A stretch of 64,000 nt of DNA. Origin: Styela clava. Its lineage: Eukaryota. The notes under the pieces were generated by a model. The model worked only from the letters and a program-made list of their open reading frames with translations, made no database searches and was not told the DNA's origin. The stretch spans positions 9,238,001 to 9,302,000 of the forward strand of contig NC_135256.1 in NCBI RefSeq assembly GCF_964204865.1, given 5' to 3'. Made by a program: the position numbers and the translations under genes. This document shows positions 1 to 13,195 of the stretch, in pieces; position 1 is the first letter of the stretch; every line of letters begins with the position of its first letter.

Positions 1-633
1 AACAATGAGATGTAGGGAAGGAAATAGAAACCAGAGAATCCAGCGACAGGCAGACCAGCCAGCAGCAGGCCAGTTCAGAAATAAAAGATAAGTGAGTGAA
101 AAGATACACCAGCGAAGCAACGTCATAGCTCTCCAACAGATCAAGAAGATCAGCAATCAGAGCAAAATAAAACGGAGCGATAATAGAGATGATTGAGTGA
201 CAGTGAAAATACAAAATTATAAGCGGAATAAAACAGATCCATTCGTAATGAAATGAATGAACATACAAAATAATAGAATAAATCAGCGGTACTCAAGATA
301 AGTGAGAGAGGAAATACGAATCCCGGTGATTAAAAACTACACTGCAGAAAAATCCTCAAAGTTGGCTGGAGCAATTCTAGAGCCCAGTCAGCGATCAAGG
401 CTGAATAAAAACGAAGCCATAATGAAGATCATAAATCAGCGGCTGTCGAGACAACGAAATTTAAGATGAAAATAGAAAAAAATCTGCGATGCTCATGTTA
501 GTAAAGGGAAATAAAAATGTGCTGAGGTCCAAGTTGAATTTAAAATTGAATGAAATAAAATAGACAAATCATCCAGGCTGGCTGGAGCAGTAAGCGTTTG
601 TTAGTTGAAATAGAAAATCGGTGAGGTTTAGAC

Positions 634-3021
634 CAGTGGTTCTCAACCTTTTTCAGTACGCGGACCGGTAAAATTTCAAAATAATTTTTGCAGACCGTCG
701 GACCTTCAAAATTAACCAAAAATGTCATGAACACAAAATGTAATTAAAGGAATGCAATTAGGACAAAAGTAGGCGGTGCAGGGAAGGACAATCCAATTTA
801 ATGAAAAATTTCCTGCTGTCTTTTATTATATATTAAACGTGTTAAACGCTGTTATGATGAAGTTTCTGCAAGGCGAAGGAGAGCTGTTTGAACTGGATAA
901 TATTTTGCTGTTTGTTTACCTCCATTTTACTATCAAACCTCGCTAAATTATAGGCCTACTGTCAAATTACGGAAGTGCAAACTGAGTATTTTTCAATCAG
1001 GTACCGTGCTATGTAGAGTCGGGACCCAGGGAAATCTCGATCCCGAAATCCCGGGTTTGGACTGTTTTTTTCAATCCCGATTCCGCAATTATTTCCTGAA
1101 AATCTAGGAATTTCAATGATTTGTTATCCACATATAGATATTCTCACAAATTGTAGGTTATATATACCATTTTATTTATTACTTATTTTGAAAAAAAGCC
1201 ATCCACGCTTACAGTTTGAGTCAGTCAGACAAAGTGGAATTATTGTGCGAAATTTTACCACGGAATTAATATTTGACTAGTAGAATTGCCATTATTGCCG
1301 ACAAATTATTCATAATTTGACCTCAAAATAGCATTTAGGATTCACGCAATGACTTTGCAGGGTTTTTATTCATTATTGGAATACGAAAATAAAACAGCCA
1401 CAATAGAAAAGTAAAATCAAGAATGTCAACTATCGTCTTCAAAAATATCCGCATTCCGGCGTCAGAAATGATAATATTTTTAGCTTCAAATTAAGACAGT
1501 TAATTTTAAAACTGTAACAAAAAGATCAAAGCCGACCCATAAAATAAAAATCGGAATAAAATCCCGAATTCAACCCGATATTCGAAAATTCGTTAAAATT
1601 ATTCGATTCGGTGAAAATATACTATTTTGCCCACGCGATCTATAATCACGCCAGCAATCTGGCGAAACGCGTGGCAGTCCAAACACCGATGCAATGAAAC
1701 TGAAATAAACCTTCATAAATTTAGTAAATTGCACTACTTCACGAAAGCGTGGTGGAATTGACGATTATTTCTTATCTCGAACACAAAAACGGTCATCTTT
1801 TTCGGATAGTTTCTGCAGTCTGAAAAGTCGAATAAGCGTTTCGAAATAGTATATGCTATGATCTTTTCCATCAAATTATGCTCGGGCCTTGCATGAAATT
1901 CATAACGTGAAAAGATACGTCCAGCGGTCAAAATTGTTTATAACAACGTTAAACCTATTTGGTATTTTAAACTATAATAATTAATTGTTGTAATGAAATA
2001 CAGTTTGGTTGCTTTTTTCATTTCTCTCGCAAATGCCGACAATAACACCATTGAATGACTTTGGAAATGGGAGAAACATATTGAATTGTGACAAAAATGA
2101 ATTATGTCGTATTGCTTCATAACTGGAACAGTTCGTTGGCAAAGAAGACAAATCGCTGAAGTTTGATTCTTTTCAATACAGAAATACGAGTTTTCGAACC
2201 TTTCTTACATGGCTGAAAACTAAATTACTGCCTATGTGATCCTAACACCGGTACGTATAATTGAGATACTTAAATAATCGAAATGCTATGATAAACACGA
2301 GCTTAAACTGTGATAATAACATAACAATTGGAGGTTTCTAGATTACAAAAAGGTAGAAACGAAATCTGTTTCACAATTCCACTTAAGCTCGGCGGGCCAT
2401 TTTAAATCGTTACGCGGGCCGGATTTGGCCCGCGGTTTGGGAACCCCTGCATTAATGTAAGAAAACAGTTGTAATATAGGGTACTATTAACGATTTGTTC
2501 GCATTCGACTATCGCACTCTTTATGAGTAGAAACTGTTCGTGTTTTGTGATAGGTGTGCCGCGAATATTTAAATTGCTAAATAGTGTCCCGCGATATAAA
2601 AGATGGGAACCCCTGAGAACCACTGCCCTAGATGTTATAATATTTATGTGTCGATATTACATGAAATAAATACGTGATTTTATTGGCATGCAAGCTGTTT
2701 CAATCTTTTACTTAATCCCGAGATTATACGGCTCAGTACCGGGATTTCAAAAACTTGCTCCGAAATCCAAACCCTACTAGGGTTGCTCCTTCGTTATGAC
2801 GTTAGCCGCCGTTATGAGGTCATAGACTTAACGAACACCCAGCCTACGAATCGATAAGAGTTAAAAAAAAATCATAAAATTAATGAACATGCCGTCAATA
2901 CTTCAATACTGTATTTTGCAATTTGCTTATAATATATTTATACTGGAATATATTTGGCGGACCGGCAGCAAGGTTGCCGCGAACCGGCAACGGTTCGCGG
3001 ACCGGCGGTTGAGAACCACTG
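634..3021. mobile_element. Non-autonomous hAT (Charlie/Buster-like) element carrying nested MITEs
   Basis: TIRs CAGTGGTTCTCAACC...GGTTGAGAACCACTG; perfect 8-bp TSD GTTTAGAC at 626-633 and 3022-3029; subterminal GCGGACCGG motifs; nested TAG...CCCTA element (~1013-2775, ATCCCG repeats) and further hAT ends at ~2385-2450 and ~2555-2625. Confidence 0.85.
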
Positions 3022-4530
3022 GTTTAGACCGATTAATCCACAAGCAGTTGGAAATGAAAATGGAGAATAAAGCCAGCGAGGACTATAGAATAAAAAGTAA
3101 GATGGAATGTGAAAGAAAATGAAAAAATCATCGGGGCTGGCTGGAGCAGCAAGGGAACTGTTTCCCGTCAAAGTATCACGCAAATGATCGTGATTTGGCC
3201 GCGAATTGGTAATGAATACCGAACCTTTCTTATTTCAAATTTTGATAACATAGAAAACATCAATTCTTTGTCACTAGGATGTTTGTCAACGTATGCGGTA
3301 TGTTATATTTATTACACTTGTCATATTCCACAGATATTTGAAAATAAAGAACAAAAGGTAAAAAAAACTTGAGTATTTGAGAACCGTCGAGGGAGAACTT
3401 TTGCCAGAATATAATATTTGTGATCAGTGCTCAAAGCAAGCCCAAATATCACAATCGCAACCAATGTATGCTGTTAAAAATGTGCGAATCGAAAAACGTT
3501 GAAACTGACTGGTATACAAAACAGTATCAAGGTATTCGAAACGTCAAAACAAATTAGGCTGAAGTAATAATAACAGCACGATATCACTTTGTTAAAATGA
3601 ACACCAATAAGTTGTCATGCCGAATTTTGAATATTTCTGTCGGGCGAGGAAGAGAAGTGTAAATAAATTATTGATTCAAAGTTTGATTCAAGTTTTTGAT
3701 AAATAACTGGGTGGTAACGATACTTGATGAGAAAACCAGGGCTTACATCATGCGAGCATTATAGACTTGGTATAACGATCACCCTTGTGTCTCCATCACT
3801 AGAAGAGAAGACAAAAGAGCAGTAGTTCTTAACCTTTTTTTCGACACGCCAGAGAAGAGGATGATAAAGGGTACAAAGCAATATCCGATGTTTTTTTTGT
3901 TCATTGTCCACTATTCTTTTTCTTGGAACCGCAATCTTCTGTTCCATAAAGAATGATTCAGCGGCTGGCGTGGTATGGACTGGCAGCAAACTCCAACCTT
4001 CTGTTTTGAGGACTGTTTTATGATCTATAAACCAGTGGCTGGCTTTTCGCCGCGCCTGCTACATAGTAGTATTTTGCCGCCGGGGTGCTGTTCCACTCTC
4101 GAATTCCGCCAGTGTAGCCCAGGTCATTGGTTTCGTAAGTATTAACTTAAAATCCGATAGTCTCTATTATAATAAATTTATTATAAAAATATAATTAAAC
4201 ACTTATGGGTCTCATGTACTTTCTTACCTGAATAACTTCTAGTGGGCGTGGCGTAACAATTTTTGGATATATGATTCCTGACCCCTATCTGATGACGTCA
4301 TCCAAAAATTACGTCACTGCGACGTCACAATAACGAAATACAGCTTGCCAAAGTATAGCGACGGTCACCCGTAATGGCGCCTACGAGTATGTCAACAAAC
4401 TCAATACGTCAGCGACCTCTCTCTTATCGGGGTCGTTGTACAGAGCTCAAAATAAACACAAGAATCACAAGCGACTAAATTGTCGCCGAGGAACGTTCAC
4501 GATATCCCATTCTGACCAATTTCTGTCCAT

Positions 4531-4930
4531 CAATAGCTCATGTATCGTGCTACAATCTAAAATAGAGCGTTATACAATACAACCCTAACCAAGGCTTTAG
4601 ACAAGCAGAAAATACATGTTATTTTACGCGATGGTTGAAGTTGGGTACCACACACATAAAGACTTATTATTTTATGTCCAGCAATAGCTCATGTATTGTG
4701 CTACGATCTATTAATAGGGTGATATACGATACCGCTCTGAGCTAGGCTTTAGACAAACAGAAAGAACATTTAATTCACGCAATGATTGAGGTTAGGTGCC
4801 GCAGACATAAAGACTTGTTATTTAATATCCAGAGACTGATCATGTATTGGGCCACATTTTATTAATAGGACGTGGAACGCTTTCACTCTATGCAAGGCTT
4901 TAGACAAGCAGAAACCGACATATTAATTTG
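4531..4930 (+). repeat. Second (type B) ~151-bp repeat, about 2.6 diverged copies, in the arm of foldback element 1
   Basis: CAATAGCTCATGTAT...GGCTTTAGACAAGCAGAAA...ACATAAAGACTT repeats at 4531, 4682 and 4833; mirrored at ~11990-12390, with partial inner copies at ~7290-7375 and ~10535-10665. Confidence 0.8.
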
Positions 4931-4944
4931 CCTTAGCGCAATGA

Positions 4945-7290
4945 ATGTAGTTTCTTACCTCGATAACTCATACTTATCTTAGCGTAACAATTTTTGCATA
5001 TATCATTCCTGACCCTCACCTGACTTCGTCATCCAAAAATTACGTCAATGCGATGTCACAATAACGAAATCGAGCTTGCCCAATAATAGCGACCATAATG
5101 CAATCGTGATAAATACGTCTGTGTGTCCGCTATGGATGTAGTTTCTTACCTCAATAACTTCTAGTTAACTTAGCGTAACAATTTTTGCATATAATATTTA
5201 TGACCTTCACATGACTTCGTCATCCAAAAATTACGTCACGGCAACGTCACAATAACGAAATAGAGCTTGCTCAATAATAGCGACGTTATTCGTAATGGCA
5301 CCTATGGATGTAGTTTCCTACCTCAATAACTTCTAGTTAACTTGGCGTAACAATTTTTGCATATATCATTCCTGACCCCCACCTGACTTCGTCATTCAAA
5401 AATTACGCCACTGCAACGTCACAATAACGAAATAACGCTTGCCCAATATTAGCGACGATTACTAGCAATGCCACCTATGGATGTAGTTTTTTACCTCAAT
5501 AACTTATACTTATCTTAGCGTAACAATTTTTGCATATATCATTCCTGACCTTGCCCTGACTTCGTCATCTAAAAATTACGTCAATGCGAATTCACAATAA
5601 CGAAATAGAGCTTGCCTAATAATAGCGACCATAATGCAATCGTGTTAAATACGCCTGTCTGTCCGCTATGGGTGTAGTTTCATACCTCAATACCTTCTAT
5701 TAGGCTTAGCGTAACAATTTTTGCATATAATATTCATGACCTTCACCTGACTTCGTCATCCAAAAATTACGTCACTGCAACGTCACAATAACGAAATAGA
5801 GCTTTACTATTAATGCCACCTATGGATGTAGTTTCTTACCTCAATGACTTATACTTATCTTAGCGTAACAATTATTGCATATAATATTCCTGACCCTCAC
5901 CTGACTTCATGTTTCAAAAATTACGTCAATGCGACTTCACAATAATGAAATAGAGCTTGCCTAATAATAGCGACCATAATGCAATCGTGATAAATACGTC
6001 TGTGTGTCCGCTATGGATGTAGTTTCTTACCTCAATAACTTCTAGTTAACTTAGCGTAACAATTTTTGCATATAATATTCATGACCTTCACCTGACTTCG
6101 TCATCCAAAAATTACGTCACTGCAACGTCACAATAACGAAATAGAGCTTGCTCAATAATAGCGACGATTACTATTAATGCCACCTATGGATGTAGTTTCT
6201 TACCTCAATGACTTATACTTATCTTAGCGTAACAATTATTGCATATAATATTCCTGACCCTCACCTGACTTCAGGTTCCAAAAATTACGTCAATGCGACT
6301 TCACAATAATGAAATAGAGCTTGCCTAATAATAGCGACCATAATGCAATCGTGATAAATACGTCTGTGTGTCCGCTATGGATGTAGTTTCTTACCTCAAT
6401 AACTTCTAGTTAACTTAGCGTAACAATTGTTGCATATAATATTCCTGACCCTCACCTGACTTCATGTTCCAAAAATTACGTCAATGCGACTTCACAATAA
6501 TGAAATAGAGCTTGCCTAATAATAGCGACCATAATGCAATCGTGATAAATACGTCTGTGTGTCCGCTATGGATGTAGTTTCTTACCTCAATAACTTCTAG
6601 TTAACTTAGCGTAACAATTTTTGCATATAATATTTATGACCTTCACATGACTTCGTCATCCAAAAATTACGTCACGGCAACGTCACAATAACGAAATAGA
6701 GCTTGCTCAATAATAGCGACGTTATTCGTAATGGCACCTATGGATGTAGTTTCCTACCTCAATAACTTCTAGTTAACTTGGCGTAACAATTTTTGCATAT
6801 ATCATTCCTGACCCCCACCTGACTTCGTCATTCAAAAATTACGCCACTGCAACGTCACAATAACGAAATAACGCTTGCCCAATATTAGCGACGATTACTA
6901 GCAATGCCACCTATGGATGTAGTTTTTTACCTCAATAACTTATACTTATCTTAGCGTAACAATTTTTGCATATATCATTCCTGACCTTGCCCTGACTTCG
7001 TCATCTAAAAATTACGTCAATGCGAATTCACAATAACGAAATAGAGCTTGCCTAATAATAGCGACCATAATGCAATCGTGTTAAATACGCCTGTCTGTCC
7101 GCTATGGGTGTAGTTTCATACCTCAATACCTTCTATTAGGCTTAGCGTAACAATTTTTGTATATATGATTCCTGACCCTCACCTGACTTCGTCATCCAAA
7201 AATTACGTCACTGCATCCTCCCAATCACGAACTAGAGCTTGCCTAATAATAGCGACGATAATAAAGCCGTAATAATGGCGCTATGAGTGT
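4945..7290 (+). repeat. Tandem array, 13 units of 172-173 or 191 bp (one of 154), left arm of foldback element 1
   Basis: Anchor (A/G)TGTAGTTT at 4945, 5136, 5308, 5481, 5672, 5826, 6017, 6190, 6381, 6572, 6744, 6917 and 7108. Confidence 0.95.
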
Positions 7291-7783
7291 ATTTTTTTAC
7301 CACACAACTAAAGCCTTGTTATTTGATGTCCTTCCGTACGTCATGTATTCGTCCTACCTTTATTCATAAGACGTGAAACAATGTTAAGATCCTTCAAATG
7401 TTAATACCACTACAATGTTTCCAGACCTTTTTCATCTTGCGGTTCACTAACAGCGAAATATTAAGAAAAATGTTTTCTGTTCTCATACCGATCTTTGAAC
7501 ACTCGCTCGCTAAAATTGGTTAACAGAAATTTGACATAGTGGAGGAAGTGGTATAGTATTTGATCTCCAAGTAATTCAGGGGAAATGTGAAAAAGGATGA
7601 AAGAAGACCATATTTATAGGCTCTTCAATTTTCTAACTGTTGAAATTTGGAATGGATTCGACTTCAAGCGCAATCGATAATTAAGCATTCGTTCACAATC
7701 CTGAGTTAATTTCCAGGATGCATCTCTCATCTATCTGTCGTTACGTTTGTTACGATATTTGTATTAGTGTTTTTTGTCAAACC

Positions 7784-7862
7784 TGTGCATCATAATGACG
7801 CACAACCTGAACCATAACCTGTTACAATACTATGTTCAGGTTGTGCGCAATCTTGGTGCACA
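7784..7862. repeat. Short hairpin/palindromic interspersed repeat, copy 1
   Basis: TGTGCA..ATGACGCACAACCTGAAC...GTTCAGGTTGTGCGCAATCTTGGTGCACA; related copies at 10207, 19385 and 36652. Confidence 0.75.
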
Positions 7863-10206
7863 AACTACGCAAGCACCAAATTTACTAGGAAATAAAATCG
7901 ATACCTTCTAGGTATTTGTTGAGCCCAGCTTTGGGTCGCGACCCATATACAGTATATGGAAATACTGTCGAAACATACGCGTAAAATAAAGAGTACTATT
8001 TCAAAATACCCGTTTTTTGTTGCAATTAACAGTACAAGCCTGCTAATGTAGTCGCCAGTGGTTCAAGTGGATATACACCCGGTGGAGAACAGTCAATTAT
8101 TTGTTGGCGAGAATTGTTATGCAGCGGGATGATCACGACGACGCAGTGAAAGATAATGATATCACGAGAACAAGAATGAGAAAATTGCTACATTTTATAG
8201 TATATCCCTGGGAAAGAATGTAGTTCATTCTTATGTTCCATGCCAATGCTTTTCAAACTACCAAAGACTCTCAACACTTTTGCTTCTTCTCTTCTATAAA
8301 AATACATTGTTATTATATATTCGCATTTCCATCTGTTTGTTCGTGCTCCCAGATAACCGATCAGCGCCTCCAAGGAGGACGGGGTCCCCTTTCATGAAAC
8401 CCTGTCATAAACTAAAAGAGGCGATCGTGCTTCTCTTGCCTGTTGTCATGCTGTCCCTGGAATTCAGCTACAACAAAAATTTCACGAAAACGGATTTTTA
8501 AATTTTATGATTTCAATAATATTCTCAACAATGAATGATATACGGGTGGTAAAATGCCAAGTTATTCCAACAACATGATCATGTTTTGCAATTTACAACC
8601 AATATTTTGTATGTAACTTTGTTTGACAGAGCCCCAAGAGCTCTAACTACAAATTTCAAAAATGTGAGGCTAAAATAGTCACACTACAACATTGTCAAAT
8701 GTGCTGTATTTACGATAGATAACAGGTTTACCAAAAAGAATTACATGCAAAATGGTAAAATAAAGATCAATTCAGCAATATCTACTTGGTGATATTCATC
8801 TGTTGATGATTTTATGTGTTTGTTTCGGAAGTTTAATAACAGAAGTAATTGTGGTTGTTGGGGATGTTTTAAAAAAGGTTGCATGGAAAAAAGTTTTCAC
8901 AAAATGTCAAGGTTTGATAGTAGTAGAGAAGTAGAAAAAATACTTCCATGTTTTTTTTTATTTGATAACCACGCCACAGAACTTCCCCGATAAGTATACG
9001 CAGCAATTGCGAGAGGCAGAAATGCTAAGATGGGATTTCATCGCATTATAAACCAATATTAGCAATTCTTATATATATTCGCGCATTCCCAGCTGAACAG
9101 CGTGAAAAAGATTGTACCCATCTACACACTTTAAGAACTATGTCAGATGAGCGTCATATTATCGAATATCAGTAAAGGAATAGTGCAAAGGGAAAAGACA
9201 TATAAGGCGAAACTTTCAGTAGTATGCAATCAAATAATCTTATTGTAGAATATATATTTAAAAACATTTCGTCACGCCAACTGCAGTCCGAAACTTTTTG
9301 TCTCTGGCTGAGCTTAGATACCAATTGGCACTCATGTAAACTGGTAAGACTGTAAGAGGCACGCGATGGAGCAGATACTAAGAGTATCCATCCCCCAGCT
9401 GTCATTTGAGTGGGTACTGCTGTTTTTATTGCAGATGTTACGGATCTTTTTGTATTAAAGATTTACTGGCATCACCGATTTAAGGATGTTGGAAACCAAC
9501 CCGCAATATTACAAAACTTACTTCCAACACGCGGTTTGAATGAATGAAAAAGCTGAAACTAGTATTCTTTAGAACAGCATACAAATTCTATGGAATGAAA
9601 TCATACACAAAAGCTCGTCAAAAACCTATAGCTCAATAATCAAATGGAATTTGATGCATGTGCGCAAAAATGTGCTCGTTACCACGTATAACCGAAGCAC
9701 GCAGGAATATGCGTGTGATGTACTAGTATTCAAAACGTTTGACTCAACTATGTTGGCATAACAGGTGCACATCTCGGTTTCGCATACGCATACCTTCTAT
9801 CTCCACAAGGATATATTAATTTTGCCAAAGTCAATGCAGCACTGAAAAGTTGCGGTTCTTCCAAAAGAAAACACGTTACACATCTTTAGATACCAGTGGA
9901 TGGTATTACATGGCCTTGTTCGGAGTGAAAGACGAGGTCAAATATTCCAATCCAATTCAACTAATAAAATATTTCCCAAGTCCCTAAGCTTAAACTAGGA
10001 AAACGAAATGCCAGATGTAGTTTGAAGAGCGCAATAGAAAGTGGATAGATGCTGTCGATGGATCTTGGTTTGTATTAGTGAAATAAACTACCATTTATTC
10101 TACTAAAATTGAATTTCTGACATTGTAAGGAGATTCAATGTTACTATGTATGCAAACCTAAACCATGTAGTTATGAAATAATTGTTTTTAACAAAAAGGC
10201 GCTCTT

Positions 10207-10298
10207 GAAGTATTTGTACCAAGATGGCGCACAACCTGAACACTGTATGGTTACCAGGTTAGGGTTCAGAATGTGCGTCATCTTGGACCGAATACTTT
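10207..10298. repeat. Short hairpin repeat, copy 2
   Basis: AAGTATTTGTACCAAGATGGCGCACAACCTGAAC...GTTCAGAATGTGCGTCATCTTGGACCGAATACTT. Confidence 0.75.
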
Positions 10299-10719
10299 AA
10301 ATCCACCTATAAAAAAAAATTGCTCAAGATTACTCCACACCCACCTGGGTATCATTATATATGTCATATACATTATATCTAAACAATAAAAAAAAACTTT
10401 ATGTTCCAAAACAATGTTAAGGCCCGATTCTGCCGGACTATCTTATCCAAAATGTATAGTTTACAAAAAACAAATTAAAATATAAACCTCACTGATAAAT
10501 GGTGGCAAAATACACCCATATAATGTGCACGTAAATTAATATGTCCGTTTCTGCTTGTCTGAAGCCCTGCTTAGAGTGATATCGCGTAACGTCATATTAA
10601 TATATTGTAGCCCAATACATGATCTATGGCTGGACATAAAATAACAAGTCCCTCCTTATGTGTGTGTGGTAGGGAGGCCGCTGCCCTCGCTGAGTTTGTT
10701 AACGTAGTCGCAGACGCCA

Positions 10720-11975
10720 TTACGGGTGATCAGCTCTATTTTGTTACTGTGACGTCGCATTGGCGTAATTTTTTGATGACGAAGTCAGGTGAAGGTCATG
10801 AATATTATATGCGAAAATTGTTACGCTAAGCCTAATAGAAGGTATTGAGGTATGAAACTACACCCATAGCGAACAGACAGGCGTATTTAACACGATTGCA
10901 TTATGGTCGCTATTATTAGGCAAGCTCTATTTCGTTATTGTGAATTCGCATTGACGTAATTTTTAGATGACGAAGTCAGGGCAAGGTCAGGAATGATATA
11001 TGCAATAATTGTTACGCTAAGATAAGTATAAGTCATTGAGGTAAGAAACTACATCCATAGGTGGCATAAATAGTAATCGTCGCTATTATTGAGCAAGCTC
11101 TATTTCGTTATTGTGACGTTGCAGTGACGTAATTTTTGGATGACGAAGTCAGGTGAAGGTCATGAATATTATATGCAAAAATTGTTACGCTAAGTTAACT
11201 AGAAGTTATTGAGGTAAGAAACTACATCCATAGCGGACACACAGACGTATTTATCACGATTGCATTATGGTCGCTATTATTAGGCAAGCTCTATTTCGTT
11301 ATTGTGAAGTCGCATTGACGTAATTTTTGGAACATGAAGTTAGGTGAGGGTCAGGAATAATATATGCAATAATTGGTACGCTAAGATAAGTATAAGTTAT
11401 TGAGGTAAGAAACTACATCCATAGGTGGCATTAATAGTAATCGTCGCTATTATTGAGCAAGCTCTATTTCGTTATTGTGACGTTGCCGTGACGTAATTTT
11501 TGGATGACGAAGTCAGGTGAAGGTCAGGACTATTATATGCAATAATTGTTACGCTAAGATAAGTATAAGTTATTGAGGTAAGAAACTACATCCATAGCGG
11601 ACACACAGGCGTATTTATCACGATTGCATTATGGTCGCTATTATTAGGCAAGCACTATTTCGTTATTGTGAAGTCGCATTGACGTAATTTTTGGAACATG
11701 AAGTCAGGTGAGGGTCAGGACTATTATATGCAATAATTGTTACGCTAAGATAAGTATAAGTTATTGAGGTAAGAAACTACATCCATAGCGGACACACAGG
11801 CGTATTTATCACGATTGCATTATGGTCGCTATTATTGGGCAAGCTCGATTTCGTTATTGTGACATCGCATTGACGTAATTTTTGGATGACGAAGTCAGGT
11901 GAGGGTCAGGAATGATATATGCAAAAATTGTTACGCTAAGATAAGTATGAGTTATCGAGGTAAGAAACTACATTC
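10720..11975 (-). repeat. Inverted tandem array, 7 units, right arm of foldback element 1
   Basis: Reverse complement of the left-arm unit (GAGGTAAGAAACTACATCC) recurs seven times. Confidence 0.93.
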
Positions 11976-12847
11976 ATTGCGCTAAGGCAAATTAATGTGT
12001 CGGTTTCTGCTTGTCTAAAGCCTTGCATAGAGTGAAAGCGTTCCACGTCCTATTAATAAAATGTGGCCCAATACATGATCAGTCTCTGGATATTAAATAA
12101 CAAGTCTTTATGTCTGCGGCACCTAACCTCAATCATTGCGTGAATTAAATGTTCTTTCTGTTTGTCTAAAGCCTAGCTCAGAGCGGTATCGTATATCACC
12201 CTATTAATAGATCGTAGCACAATACATGAGCTATTGCTGGACATAAAATAATAAGTCTTTATGTGTGTGGTACCCAACTTCAACCATCGCGTAAAATAAC
12301 ATGTATTTTCTGCTTGTCTAAAGCCTTGGTTAGAGTTGTATGGTATAACGCTCTATTTTAGATTGTAGCACGATACATGAGCTATTGATGGATAGAAATT
12401 GGTCAGAATGGGATATCGTGAACGTTCCTCGGCGACAATTTAGTCGCTTGTGATTCTTGTGTTTATTTTGAGCTCTGTACAACGACCCCGATAAGAGAGA
12501 GGTCGCTGACGTATTGAGTTTGTTGACATACTCGTAGGCGCCATCACGGGTGACCGTCGCTATACTTTGGCAAGCTGTATTTCGTTATTGTGACGTCGCA
12601 GTGACGTAATTTTTGGATGACGTCATCAGATAGGGGTCAGGAATCATATATCCAAAAATTGTTACGCCACGCCCACTAGAAGTTATTCAGGTAAGAAAGT
12701 ACATGAGACCCACACTTATTGAGTTTGCCACTTGCTACACTTTAAAGATTATTTCGTCTTTCCAGAATTAGGTTTGCTTTTTTTTGTATATTCATGGGGG
12801 TTACTTGAGTCCCTGAAATGTTTCATGTTGCCACTTGCCACTTTAAA

Positions 12848-12950
12848 GGATAGGATATGATTTACATATTTATCCCGAGGGAGAGGAAAGCCGATAAAAC
12901 GACTTAATCATATGGCGAACCACCGCCTCTCGTTCGGTTACCAGTCCATC
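12848..12950 (-). mobile_element. 3' fragment of the tRNA-derived SINE
   Basis: Matches 27531-27630 (GGATAGGAT..TTTACATATTTATCCC..GGAGAGGAAAGCCGATAA); other 3' fragments at ~37320-37362 and ~52930-53030. Confidence 0.75.
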
Positions 12951-13195
12951 GGGTCTTACGAGGGCACAACAAAATTTGCTATTGCAGTATTGGTTGTATG
13001 CAGTTTACAATTTTCCCAACCATGGCATAAATGTTAGCATAAATAATCCTTACGAGTGGAGGGCAACTCGCCATGGCTGCATGGTGGCTAACTCATAACC
13101 ATCCTCCCTACTGCCTCTCAGTCTCGCATCCTTAATGCGAAATTTCAACAATGTTTTTATACAGGTATTTAGCTCTGTTCTGTAATTAGAAAAAT

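Larger units (their letters stand above)
4207..12711. mobile_element. Foldback-type DNA transposon (probably non-autonomous Mutator-like) with kb-long modular inverted arms
   Basis: Ends GGGTCTCATGTAC...GTACATGAGACCC; 8-bp TSD ACACTTAT at 4199-4206 and 12712-12719; outer ~740 bp of the two arms nearly identical in inverted orientation (about 5 mismatches seen by eye); internal tandem arrays; no long ORF in the interior. Confidence 0.9.

Noticed and set aside
3725-3760. AAAACCAGGGCTTA resembling the RNase MRP/P CR-V motif
   Set aside because: No matching CR-I (GGAAAGTC) upstream
4945-7290. Possible CRISPR-like array
   Set aside because: Units are repeated along their whole length with no unique spacers; eukaryotic context; no cas genes
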